Shown here: positions 55,383 through 64,000 of the stretch, piece after piece
Numbering within the stretch: position 1 is the stretch's first letter
Layout: every line of letters begins with the position of its first letter
IMG/VR virus record: IMGVR_UViG_3300044540_000246
Length of the DNA: 64,000 bases
Source of the DNA: an uncultured virus (IMG/VR IMGVR_UViG_3300044540_000246)
Taxonomy: Duplodnaviria > Heunggongvirae > Uroviricota > Caudoviricetes
Direction: 5' to 3' (one strand)
Notes under the pieces: model-generated
What the model was told of the DNA's origin: nothing
The model's input: only the letters and a program-made list of their open reading frames with translations
The model's database searches: none
Translations under genes and position numbers: made by a program

Positions 55383-56273
55383 TCAGGCCGCCGCCGTTGC
55401 GGCGGGCCGCGCCGGCGAGACGAAGTTGGTGACGAGCACCTCGCGCACCTGATGGACCGTCGTGCCGCGCCCGGCGGTGTACGTTGCCGTCATGTCCCAG
55501 ATGCGCTCGTCGGGGAAATGGCGAGCATAGAACCCGTCCCCGATGTCCTTGTTCGAGTATGCAAACGGGCCGTCGTGGGCGCGCAGATGGTCAATAAGGC
55601 GCACCTGGTCCGCTTCTGTAAACCCGCCCTGGTAGTCCACTACGGAGTCCCGGTACGGCGGGTCCGCATACACGAAGTCGCCCGGGCGGAGTGGGACGTC
55701 ACCGAAGTCGCCGGCGAGCAGCGTCGCCCGACGCAGCAAGACCGCGACCGCTCGCACACGGCCTTCGTCGAAGAAGCCCGCCTTCTGTAGGCAGGTGCCC
55801 GGCGGTGTCGAGTACCGCCCGTTGCACTTGATGTACGCCTTCCACATCCCGTTGAAGTTCGTCTGCAGCATGAACAGCAGCACGCCGGCCAGCCTGGACG
55901 GTGCCGTGGCTTCATGCCGCTGCGTGTACTCCTCGCGCAGTTCGTAGTAGAACGCCTTGCGCTCTTCCGGCGTCTTCGGTAGCCAGGCCTGGACGCAGCT
56001 CCTCCATGCCGCGATGGTCGCTTCCTCTTCGTCGGCGAGCGAGCGGTACAGCAGCATTAGCTCGTCGTTCCCGTCGTTGATGACCAGCTCAGCGTCCGGG
56101 AACCGCTCCGCGACCCATAGGACCATCGTTAGCCCGCCGGCGAACAGGTCCACGAAACGAGTGACCCGCTCGGGGAAGAAATGAGCCTCGTACCCGGCCA
56201 GCATTCGCTGCTTCGAACCCGCCCACTTGAATAGCGGAGAGATTTGCGTGCGTGTCGCCAACGGTCTGACCAT
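55383..56273 (-). CDS. Dam-family (D12 class) DNA adenine methyltransferase
   Basis: KWAGSK, DLFAGG, YADPPY, EVLVTN. Confidence 0.92.
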   Translation of the reverse strand: MVRPLATRTQISPLFKWAGSKQRMLAGYEAHFFPERVTRFVDLFAGGLTMVLWVAERFPDAELVINDGNDELMLLYRSLADEEEATIAAWRSCVQAWLPKTPEERKAFYYELREEYTQRHEATAPSRLAGVLLFMLQTNFNGMWKAYIKCNGRYSTPPGTCLQKAGFFDEGRVRAVAVLLRRATLLAGDFGDVPLRPGDFVYADPPYRDSVVDYQGGFTEADQVRLIDHLRAHDGPFAYSNKDIGDGFYARHFPDERIWDMTATYTAGRGTTVHQVREVLVTNFVSPARPAATAAA

Positions 56274-56404
56274 GGCGACGCCATCGGCTTCGGAGCTGCT
56301 CTCCGCGCCAACGCAAGTACGTCAGGAATGTCGGACAGGGGAACTATCCTGAATGGGTTGTCGCAATCCGCGACGCCTCAACGTCACCTACGCAGGAGGT
56401 ATCA

Positions 56405-56551
56405 GTGACCGACCGCAACCCCGTCACCAGCGCCGGCGATGCCGCGGCACGCAGCAACGAGCTGTACGCCCAGTACTCGCCCCGAACGGCAGAGCAGGCT
56501 GCCCCTCTCGACCCGGCGAACGAGTCGAACTGGGGTCCGGCGCCCTTCTAA
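56405..56551 (+). CDS. 48-aa peptide ending NWGPAPF
   Basis: Strong AGGAGGT RBS before GTG; promoter ACAGG-N5-TATCCT at 56335-56350. Confidence 0.55.
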   Translation: MTDRNPVTSAGDAAARSNELYAQYSPRTAEQAAPLDPANESNWGPAPF

Positions 56552-56636
56552 GTCGAAGGACTGCCGTCAGCCGTCCGAACCTGCCCGTACCGTCGGAGCT
56601 CCACAAGCTCCGATAAAGGGCTCCGAGGTGAGATCA

Positions 56637-57284
56637 ATGGCCGACATGACCGCCGCTGCGGGCGACGCTTTGCCGCGCCCCCACGCCGTACTGCACTCGT
56701 CGAAAGTGGAAGCCCTCCTTAGCGCTGTCGGCTCCAAGGACCAAGACGCGCTTGATCGGCTCGGCTCGCCCGCAGCGTTCGACCTCACCCTCGCCCCCGG
56801 CTGGCATATCTCCCTACACCCTCTTCAAGCGTCCGCGGCCGACTACGCGATCGCTTGGAACCAGTACGAGCTGCTTCTCGTCGCGGCGATCGAGAGCGGC
56901 GCGCTCGCGCTCCCGGACGGCACTGAGGTCGACATCGAAGAGATCGAGCCCGGACGAGCCCGACTCCTTATCCGTCCGACGGCGCCGCTCGCCGTCACAC
57001 TCGCGACCGATCCGTTCACCGTCGCCGACATCGCCGCCTCGGCCGCCCCGGACGGCGACGGGGCGGAACACGCTTTACTTGTTGACGCGGCCTGGCGGCT
57101 CGGCTCCGCCCTTGTTGAGCTTTACGCCGCCGCACTGCCCCTGCTTGCCGACTACTCCACTGACCCGAACTTGCTTGCCGCGATCGCGGACACGAACGAT
57201 GCTGGCATCCGCGCCGCTGCCCTGCGTAACCCGCACACGCCTGAGCGCGCCCGCATCATGGCGGCGCTGCGCACGGAGGTCTGA
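56637..57284 (+). CDS. Hypothetical protein with C-terminal LRV-like repeats
   Basis: GAGGTG RBS; ends ALRNPHTPERARIMAAL. Confidence 0.7.
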   Translation: MADMTAAAGDALPRPHAVLHSSKVEALLSAVGSKDQDALDRLGSPAAFDLTLAPGWHISLHPLQASAADYAIAWNQYELLLVAAIESGALALPDGTEVDIEEIEPGRARLLIRPTAPLAVTLATDPFTVADIAASAAPDGDGAEHALLVDAAWRLGSALVELYAAALPLLADYSTDPNLLAAIADTNDAGIRAAALRNPHTPERARIMAALRTEV

Positions 57285-57345
57285 CTGCCCGGCGAATCAG
57301 TAGCCACTGTGGCTGCTGCCGCAAGTCCGGGCCGATGAGCGGGCT

Positions 57346-57768
57346 ATGGACGCGCCCGCCGGCCCCGAGAGAGGCGCACTGCGCGCCCTACGCGCCGCTT
57401 GTAGCCTCTCCGCGTGGTCTGGTAATGACGGGGAGTGCCAGTGGTGCTCATCGCCTCTGCCGGCCGGACGGCGTCGGACGTGGTGCTCAGATGGCTGCCG
57501 GCGAGCGTTCGAGCGCAACCACGTCTGGTCGATAGCCCGCGCCGCCGCTCGCCGCCGCGACCGTTATGCCTGCCGTTCGTGCGGAACGGGAAAGGCGGAC
57601 GCCGCCATCGAGGTAAACCATGTGGTTCCGGTTGCTGGGGCCGGGTACGGAGTGTCGTGCCGGCACCATTTGACGGGGCTCGAGACGTTGTGCCACGACT
57701 GCCATGTGCGGGTGACTGCAATGCAGCGGGCCGCCGGCTTGCTTCGCAGCGCCGCAGGCCCGACCTGA
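57346..57768 (+). CDS. HNH endonuclease
   Basis: CQWC...WCSDGC; RDRYACRSC, EVNH, LCHDCH. Confidence 0.88.
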   Translation: MDAPAGPERGALRALRAACSLSAWSGNDGECQWCSSPLPAGRRRTWCSDGCRRAFERNHVWSIARAAARRRDRYACRSCGTGKADAAIEVNHVVPVAGAGYGVSCRHHLTGLETLCHDCHVRVTAMQRAAGLLRSAAGPT

Positions 57769-57868
57769 GGAAACCTCACCCATTGGGGCTTCGGCGAAGA
57801 CACGTCAGCCCCCGCAGCCGTAGGTGAGGCGTGCGGGGGCTGGTCGGACCATCGGCCCGACCCGAGCC

Positions 57869-58921
57869 TCAGAGCACCGCGCCTCGGTTGATTTCCAGCT
57901 GCGCGGCTTCCCGCCCCGCCGCTGTCGCGACCGACCCCCACGTCTCCGGGTCGATCCGGGTGAAATACCGCACGCCGCGAGGTGCCTCGTAGTCATACCT
58001 GCCGGTGAACCCGCGAGGAAGCGGCAGGTCCACCTTCCGCCAGCCCGCTCCGACGAGCGCAGCCGTGACCTGTTCGTGCCACTCCTCGTTCCAGTGGCGG
58101 AGCACGTCATTCTGGAGCGGCGTGCTTCTGTTCGTGCGGGTGCCGGGGATGCGCGGCGCGCCGACGACCGCGACGGCGACCGGCACCTGCACGCCTTCGG
58201 ACTTGATCGTCAGGACGCGGCCACGCGGCGCGCCGTACTTGTCGTCCTCGAACCCACGCGACGCCGCATCGAGGCGGTTGGCCTGCAGCACTCGTCGGAC
58301 CTTGCCCAGGTCGATGCCGGGAAGCTGTCGGCCGCGCCGCAGTTCGCGGGCGAGGATGCGGGAGCTGAGCGCGGCGATGCTGTCCCCGTCGATGAGGCCG
58401 CCGAGGGCGAACAGGCTCTCCGGGTCGTCCATCGCCTGAACCAGGGTGGTCAGCCCCTCCGGGTCATCCCAGGCGGCGAAGCCGAGCTGGGCGGGCGAGC
58501 CGTGCAGCTGTAGAGCCCAGCCGCCCTCGGCAGCCTGGTGCCGCACCGACTTCAACTGGAACGGCATCCAGGTCAGGACGGGGGTGCCGTCCTCCGGGCT
58601 GCCTTCGTGGCTGCCTGAGACGTAGGCGGTGAGGTAGTTGCCGCCTACTTCGAGCTTCCGCAGGCCGAGGGCGGTGGGGTTGAGTGCGGCGAGCCGGATC
58701 TCGTTCAGGGCCGTGTTCAGGGCCTGGTTGGCGCGGGCAGAGTGCGTTGCGAGCGCCTCGAGGAACTTCTGCGGGATGGCAAGGGTCATCCCGTCGTCGG
58801 TGACGATCTCGATGCCGCGCTCGCCGGTGCGGGGGTCGTTGATGACGGGGGTGATGGCGAACGGGGTTTCCTGCTGGGGGTTCAGGGGCAGCGGTCCGGC
58901 GGGGATGTTCAGCTCGAGCAT
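57869..58921 (-). CDS. Hypothetical protein
   Basis: 350-aa ORF with coding-like composition. Confidence 0.7.
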   Translation of the reverse strand: MLELNIPAGPLPLNPQQETPFAITPVINDPRTGERGIEIVTDDGMTLAIPQKFLEALATHSARANQALNTALNEIRLAALNPTALGLRKLEVGGNYLTAYVSGSHEGSPEDGTPVLTWMPFQLKSVRHQAAEGGWALQLHGSPAQLGFAAWDDPEGLTTLVQAMDDPESLFALGGLIDGDSIAALSSRILARELRRGRQLPGIDLGKVRRVLQANRLDAASRGFEDDKYGAPRGRVLTIKSEGVQVPVAVAVVGAPRIPGTRTNRSTPLQNDVLRHWNEEWHEQVTAALVGAGWRKVDLPLPRGFTGRYDYEAPRGVRYFTRIDPETWGSVATAAGREAAQLEINRGAVL

Positions 58922-59040
58922 GACCCCAATCTACGGGGGACCTCCGACACTCGGATGCCTGTAAATCGTTGGGCTGTAAGGGGTTTCGGCCCCACCCTCC
59001 CCCTGGGCTGATATTTGCTCAGTTCTGGCCTGGCGGCCGT

Positions 59041-59787
59041 TCACCGACCCGGAGCCGGCGCGGCGGGCTCCCCGAAGCGGGCGTTGAGATCCCGCAGCAT
59101 CGCCGCGATCAGACGCAGGTCCTCAGCCACGTCACCCTCCCGTCTGCCGCCTTCACTATCTGAGATCGTCCAACGACCCTGCTCGAGCCGGTGCGCGCAC
59201 GCCTCGAAGAACCGCGCCGTGTACGCCGACGCCGCCTGCGGCACCGACGCGAACGGACCGCGCACCTCGACCGGGCCGCTCTGCCCGCGGAGCGTCAACG
59301 TCTCCTCCCCCTTCGCCGGCGCCGTAACAGCGAGCAGCGTGGACAGGCGCCCCGTGTAGCCCGCAGTGAGCAGCGTCGCGTGCAACGCCCAACGGTCGGC
59401 GCTGTTCGCGAACGCGACCGTCGAACACATCACCAGCGTGTGCGCCACCATCGTCGCGACCGCGACCGGCAGCGGAATTCGGTTCTCGTGCTCCCACGGA
59501 TCCGAACCCGGCCGCTCCTCCGCGATGCCCAGCAGCAGCTCCGCAACCACCCCGTCCGCATGCTCATCCATCCGCCCTTCGGAGGCAGCGATGAACTCTT
59601 CCAGCGAGGTGAATCCGGACGCGCGCGCGGTGCGCGCGACCCACTTCGTGATCGCGCCGACGGCATCGCCCGCCGGGTAGAACACGTCCCAGTCCCGCAA
59701 CCGTTCGTCGACGAGGTCGTTCAGGTCGGAGACGAACCGGGCCTGCGGGCTGAGGTACTCGCGGCGGGCGCTGCTCTGAGTCGTCAT
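59041..59787 (-). CDS. Hypothetical protein
   Basis: ORF from MTTQSSARR. Confidence 0.7.
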   Translation of the reverse strand: MTTQSSARREYLSPQARFVSDLNDLVDERLRDWDVFYPAGDAVGAITKWVARTARASGFTSLEEFIAASEGRMDEHADGVVAELLLGIAEERPGSDPWEHENRIPLPVAVATMVAHTLVMCSTVAFANSADRWALHATLLTAGYTGRLSTLLAVTAPAKGEETLTLRGQSGPVEVRGPFASVPQAASAYTARFFEACAHRLEQGRWTISDSEGGRREGDVAEDLRLIAAMLRDLNARFGEPAAPAPGR

Positions 59788-59871
59788 GCCCTCATCCATA
59801 GGCGCGCCCGCACCTCCACCCGCCCCCGTTAGGTACCTCGCCGACCCGGAACGCGGCAGCGGAGGTGACCC

Positions 59872-60372
59872 ATGGGGACAGCTGAGCGTCTCCGCGACGA
59901 GCGGACCGGCCAGTTCCGCGGGTCCCGCGCCGGCGCGGGAGGGCTCCCGCTGGCCCCGTCCCCGGCACCGCTCCTGTTCCCGTCCGCGCCGCAGGCCGCC
60001 TCGCCCGGCATTGAGCTCCCAGCCCTGGACGACACCGCCAGGGTTCAGGGCCTGCGCACGCTCCTGAAGGCCGAGCATCCCGGACTGGTTCTTGACCTGA
60101 GCGGGCCCGACCGGGGCGGTTTCGTCACCCTGTCGCTCATCTCGGTCCCCCGCACCCTGCGCGGCACAGGTGTTGCGACCGCCGTCATGGGCCGGCTGAC
60201 GGCCGAAGCGGACCGGCACGGCTGGACTCTCGCTCTCAGCCCGGACTCGTCGTTCGGGTCGTCGAAGGCGCGCCTGGTCGGCTTCTACGGCCGGTTCGGG
60301 TTCACCCCGAACCGGGGTGGCACTCGCGACTTCGCCACCCGCGAAACGATGATCCGACGCCCTTCTCGGTGA
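59872..60372 (+). CDS. GNAT-family acetyltransferase with N-terminal TGQFRGS peptide
   Basis: VPRTLRGTGVAT AcCoA motif, LVGFYGRFGF; GGAGG RBS. Confidence 0.8.
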   Translation: MGTAERLRDERTGQFRGSRAGAGGLPLAPSPAPLLFPSAPQAASPGIELPALDDTARVQGLRTLLKAEHPGLVLDLSGPDRGGFVTLSLISVPRTLRGTGVATAVMGRLTAEADRHGWTLALSPDSSFGSSKARLVGFYGRFGFTPNRGGTRDFATRETMIRRPSR

Positions 60373-60378
60373 CCGACG

Positions 60379-61014
60379 TCAGCGGACCTCGGCGCGGAGC
60401 AGGGCAACCATGACTCGCACATCGTCGGGCAGGTGAATGCTCCCGGCGGCGGCCGCGAGCACCTCGGGGAAGTCCGCGTAGCTGGCGACGGCGTGCTGCG
60501 CCGCACCACCGGGGCATGCCGGGTTCTCCAACGCGACGGCTACCACTCTCATGGCCATCACCCGGAGGGTCTCCGTCTCTTCGGATGCGACGGCCGACGC
60601 AAGGACGACGTCGAGCAGCTCTGGGTCGCGGGTATGCGCGACTGCGAGCATCCGCACGTACGGATGGAAGTCCGTTCCGGTCGCGAACGCGGCCAGCGCC
60701 CACTCGGGGCAGCCCGGCGCCACGATCGACGGGACCGGGTCCGCAACCACCCGAGCGGGAAGCGTCCGGGCCGGTCGAGCTCGCCACCAGCCCCACGACC
60801 GCCACGACGTTCGCGGACCCTGCGCGGGGACCGCGCCGCTCTGCTCGCGCGCGTCGCGGGCGCGGGCGTACCACTTCGCTTCGTTGTACCAAAGGGCCGG
60901 GACCGACGATCTGCGGACGTGGTCCCCCTGCTGCTTCACCCACGCCTCAAGCTGGCTCCGTCGCCGTTTCGCGGCATGCCGGGCAAGAGCCGCCAGCTGC
61001 GCGTCGACCGTCAT
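60379..61014 (-). CDS. LRV-like repeat protein (tandem paralog A)
   Basis: GCPEWALAAFA...YVRML..AHTRD; ends HLPDDVRVMVALL. Confidence 0.75.
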   Translation of the reverse strand: MTVDAQLAALARHAAKRRRSQLEAWVKQQGDHVRRSSVPALWYNEAKWYARARDAREQSGAVPAQGPRTSWRSWGWWRARPARTLPARVVADPVPSIVAPGCPEWALAAFATGTDFHPYVRMLAVAHTRDPELLDVVLASAVASEETETLRVMAMRVVAVALENPACPGGAAQHAVASYADFPEVLAAAAGSIHLPDDVRVMVALLRAEVR

Positions 61015-61637
61015 TCGGCTTGCGAGAGCAGCGCGGCCATCACCCGCGCCTCTTCCGGCAGGTGCGGGCTCGCCGCAGCCGCGGCAAGGACGTTCCGGTT
61101 ATCGCTGTGGAGGGAGATGGCGCGCAACGCGACGTCTGACGGGCAGGCCGGGTTCTCCACGACGACCGACGCGACCCGCGCCGCGGAACGCGAACAGTCG
61201 CCGACAAGCCGTGCGAGCAGTCCCCGATCTCGGGTGTGCGCAGCGGTGAGCATCCGCACATACGTGGGGCCGTCCGTGTCGAGCGCGAACGCTGCCAGCA
61301 CCCACTCCGGGCAGCCTGCAGCGAGGATCGCCCAAACCGGGTTAGTCGCCACATCCCGCGGCAGCTTCTTACGGGGGTGCGAGTTCCATCGGGTCCAGCG
61401 CCGCGGCCGGTCCATGCCGGGAGCGGACCCGATCGTCACCATCGCACGTGGCGCGGTCGCGCTGTGGTAGGAGCGGGCTTCGGCATGCCAGAGATGCTGG
61501 TTCGCCGAACGGAGCACGTGCTCACCCTGACCGGCCAACCAGCTCTCGAACTCGGCCCGCTCATGTTCCGCGATGTGCTTCGCGATCTCCTGGAACCAAC
61601 GACTCTGCGGGTTCACCGCGAGCCGCCCCATGCCCAT
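61011..61637 (-). CDS. LRV-like repeat protein (tandem paralog B)
   Basis: GCPEWVLAAFA...YVRML..AHTRD; ends HLPEEARVMAALL. Confidence 0.75.
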   Translation of the reverse strand: MGMGRLAVNPQSRWFQEIAKHIAEHERAEFESWLAGQGEHVLRSANQHLWHAEARSYHSATAPRAMVTIGSAPGMDRPRRWTRWNSHPRKKLPRDVATNPVWAILAAGCPEWVLAAFALDTDGPTYVRMLTAAHTRDRGLLARLVGDCSRSAARVASVVVENPACPSDVALRAISLHSDNRNVLAAAAASPHLPEEARVMAALLSQAE

Positions 61638-61722
61638 GTCCGGCGAGCGCAGCTCCCGACGGATGCGGCCAGGAATGAAGCGCTCATGGTAGACCTATGG
61701 GCGCCCGCCGCCGGTCACCGCA

Positions 61723-62364
61723 TCAGACGGCATCAAGTGCCGGGAACGGGTAGCGCTTGCGGGTGATCGTTTCCTTCTCGACCACATCCAGGTGCACCCC
61801 GTCGGCCCACTCCGGGAACTCGCGCCCGTCGAAGGCGACATCGCGCAAGTAGGAGGCGTTCACGAGCACCAGGTGGACGTTCGCCGCAATCGAGCCGTCG
61901 GACCGCTCGAGCGGCCCATACAGGCACGGGTAGCCGGTCAGCAGCCGGACTGCCTGCTCGTCGTGTAGACGCACGCCACACTTCTCCACAAGGTACGGCT
62001 TGAGGATCTTCTCGGCGTAGTCCTTCATCAGCCAGTGCGCCTCGTCATACTGCTGCTGCTTCGGCCCGCTGAACACCAACCCGGTCCAGACCAGCCACGG
62101 CAGCGCGCCAAGGGCGAGAACCAGCGCCGGAAGCTCCCACAGCTCCAGCTCGGTACGGTTCCCGAGCACGAACGGGATCGGGTCTAGGGTGACGAGGAAC
62201 TCCCCAAGGCCCCACAGGGCCCCGATGACCAGCAGCGACGCCAGCCACGCACCCAAGCGCAGACGGCCCCGCTCGGCGCCGTAGTTCACTGCGGGCAGCC
62301 GCAGACCGTCCCGGGCCGTCTTCCCCGACAGGTACGCCGGCAGCGCCTCAGTCGTCTCGGTCAT
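61723..62364 (-). CDS. Hypothetical membrane protein
   Basis: Two TM helices, GAAGGG RBS. Confidence 0.7.
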   Translation of the reverse strand: MTETTEALPAYLSGKTARDGLRLPAVNYGAERGRLRLGAWLASLLVIGALWGLGEFLVTLDPIPFVLGNRTELELWELPALVLALGALPWLVWTGLVFSGPKQQQYDEAHWLMKDYAEKILKPYLVEKCGVRLHDEQAVRLLTGYPCLYGPLERSDGSIAANVHLVLVNASYLRDVAFDGREFPEWADGVHLDVVEKETITRKRYPFPALDAV

Positions 62365-62448
62365 CGGAACCGCCCTTCGCTCTGGAACGACTCCAAAGTA
62401 GCGCCCTGCTCGGACATTCCCCCTGTCCAGCGAGCACGGCGACGAGCC

Positions 62449-64000
62449 CTACACCGCGTCCGGTCCGAGCAGCGCGCGGATCTCCGCCGCGAGATGTCCG
62501 GTCCCAGCCACCTTGAACTGGTCGCCGAGCGCCATCCGGACCACCGCACCGCCCTCACGCGCCATGACCAGGTGAACCGGACGCGACCCGGGGAACTGCT
62601 CGAGCAGCTCCTTGAACGCTTCGACAACCTCGACGGTCAGCGCCGTCTCCGCGACCTGGACCACGATCGGGTCCGTCCGGCCGTCGTCGGCGACGGCCGC
62701 CGCGGGAGCGTCCACCGGGGCCGGCTTACCCTCCGCGACCGCAGCCGCGGCCCGGTCGTGCTTGCGCTGCGCCGCAGCGAGGTCCGGCTGCGACACCGAC
62801 TTCACCGCGAACGTCGTCGACCCGTCGTCGCGCTTCTCGACCCGTCCGGTGAACGTCAGAACCGCGTCACGGACCAGCAGCTCCGACACCTCCGCGTACG
62901 TGCGCGGGAACACGAACACCTGCATCGAAGCGTCCAGATCCTCGACCGTCACGATCGCCCACGGGTCGCCGGACGCCTTCGTCGTCTTCTTCTCCACCGC
63001 CGAGATGAGACCCGCGATCTTCACCTGGTCGGTCGGAGGGTGCTCCGCGTCCCGTAGGTATGCGATCGGATGCGACGACAGCTGCTCGACAGCGCCCGCG
63101 AACTTCGCCAGCGGATGCCCCGACACGTACAGGCCCAGGACCTCACGCTCGCGCGCGAGCTTCTCCCGTTCGTCCCATTCCGGGATGTCCGGGATCGTCA
63201 GCTCGAACGCCGGCATCTCGACCGCGTCGTCGCCGTCGAACATCGACAGGAGATCTTCGCCCTTGCCCAGGCCGGCCTTCTTCGCCTTCCGAGCCTTCTC
63301 GCACGCCTCCTCCAGCACGAACGACAGCGACGACCGCGTCAGGCCGAACGAGTCGAACGCTCCCGCGAGGTTCAGCGCCTCGACCGCCTTCTTCCCCGCC
63401 AGTTGCGTGTCCGCGCGCATGAGTAAGTCGACCAGGTCCTTCGCTTTCCCATCAGTGCGCCGCTCGACCAGCCACGCGCTGATGCCGCCCTCGCCGACGC
63501 CCTTCACCCCGATCAGGCCCGTGCGGATGGCGTCACCGACGGCGGTGTAGTTCAGCTCCGACTCGTTCACGTCCGGGACGAGGACCTCGATCCCCATCCG
63601 GCGGCACTCCCCCAGATACAGCGCGAGCTTGTCCTTGTTGTCCGCGTTCGTCGTCAGCAGCGCAGCCATGTACTCCGCCGGGAAGTTCGCCTTCAAATAC
63701 GCCGTCTGGTACGAGATGAGCCCGTATGCCGCCGAGTGGCTCAAGTTGAAAGCATAATCCGAGAAGGGGACCAGGATCTCCCACAGCGCTTCGATCGCGT
63801 TGTCGGAGAACCCGTTCGCGCGCATTCCGTCCCGGAAACCCTCGAACTCCTTCGCGAGTTTGACCTTGTCCTTCTTGCCCATCGCACGCCGCAGCAGGTC
63901 AGCCTTACCCAGCGAGTACCCCGCCAGGTCCTGCGCGATCTTCATCACCTGCTCCTGATACACGATCAGCTGATGCGTCTTGCCTAAGATTGGGGCGAGC
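62449..64000 (-). CDS. dnaE: DNA polymerase III alpha subunit, C-terminal part (5' end outside window)
   Basis: YQEQVM, ADLLRRAMGKK, YAFNLSHSAAY, EREVLGLYVSGHPL, OB-fold. Confidence 0.96.
   Translation of the reverse strand, partial: LAPILGKTHQLIVYQEQVMKIAQDLAGYSLGKADLLRRAMGKKDKVKLAKEFEGFRDGMRANGFSDNAIEALWEILVPFSDYAFNLSHSAAYGLISYQTAYLKANFPAEYMAALLTTNADNKDKLALYLGECRRMGIEVLVPDVNESELNYTAVGDAIRTGLIGVKGVGEGGISAWLVERRTDGKAKDLVDLLMRADTQLAGKKAVEALNLAGAFDSFGLTRSSLSFVLEEACEKARKAKKAGLGKGEDLLSMFDGDDAVEMPAFELTIPDIPEWDEREKLAREREVLGLYVSGHPLAKFAGAVEQLSSHPIAYLRDAEHPPTDQVKIAGLISAVEKKTTKASGDPWAIVTVEDLDASMQVFVFPRTYAEVSELLVRDAVLTFTGRVEKRDDGSTTFAVKSVSQPDLAAAQRKHDRAAAAVAEGKPAPVDAPAAAVADDGRTDPIVVQVAETALTVEVVEAFKELLEQFPGSRPVHLVMAREGGAVVRMALGDQFKVAGTGHLAAEIRALLGPDAV

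Noticed and set aside
1..64000. CRISPR array or cas genes
   Set aside because: No regularly spaced repeat-spacer units; the repeats seen are tRNA motifs or protein-coding repeats.
1..64000. Definite phage assignment
   Set aside because: No capsid, terminase, portal or tail genes in the window; plasmid versus phage cannot be decided here.

Overview
High-GC actinobacterial DNA (Microbacteriaceae-like proteins) that reads like part of a very large accessory replicon (megaplasmid or jumbo phage) rather than core chromosome. Orphan copies of housekeeping genes (metK, dut, secA, rnhB, recX, lsr2, clpC-like, dnaE) sit among hypotheticals, three adenine DNA methyltransferases, a putative restriction endonuclease, three HNH nucleases and two pilin-like adhesins. 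No virion or conjugation genes are visible. The centrepiece is a co-oriented array of about 44 tRNA/tRNA-like genes (30.7-41.5 kb, all 20 amino acids) in two blocks. Each block is preceded by a homologous leader (promoter, short ORF, terminator hairpin) that looks like a translation-sensing attenuator. The array holds many non-canonical tRNAs (8/4 tRNA-Ser, long-variable-arm Asn and Trp, D-arm-reduced or rearranged Ile/Met/Thr/Ala/Tyr), a permuted Y-RNA-like tRNA mimic, a double-T-loop RNA and several pseudoknotted spacer RNAs. An RNA-repair gene set (Rnl1-like ligase, PNK/phosphatase, Pol-beta nucleotidyltransferase, CCA-adding enzyme) lies upstream. Three recurrent promoter-like motifs are visible. 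One (CGTTAG) precedes five unrelated proteins with a similar N-terminal peptide, suggesting an undescribed co-regulated cargo-targeting system. All calls are by eye, with no database searches or folding programs run.
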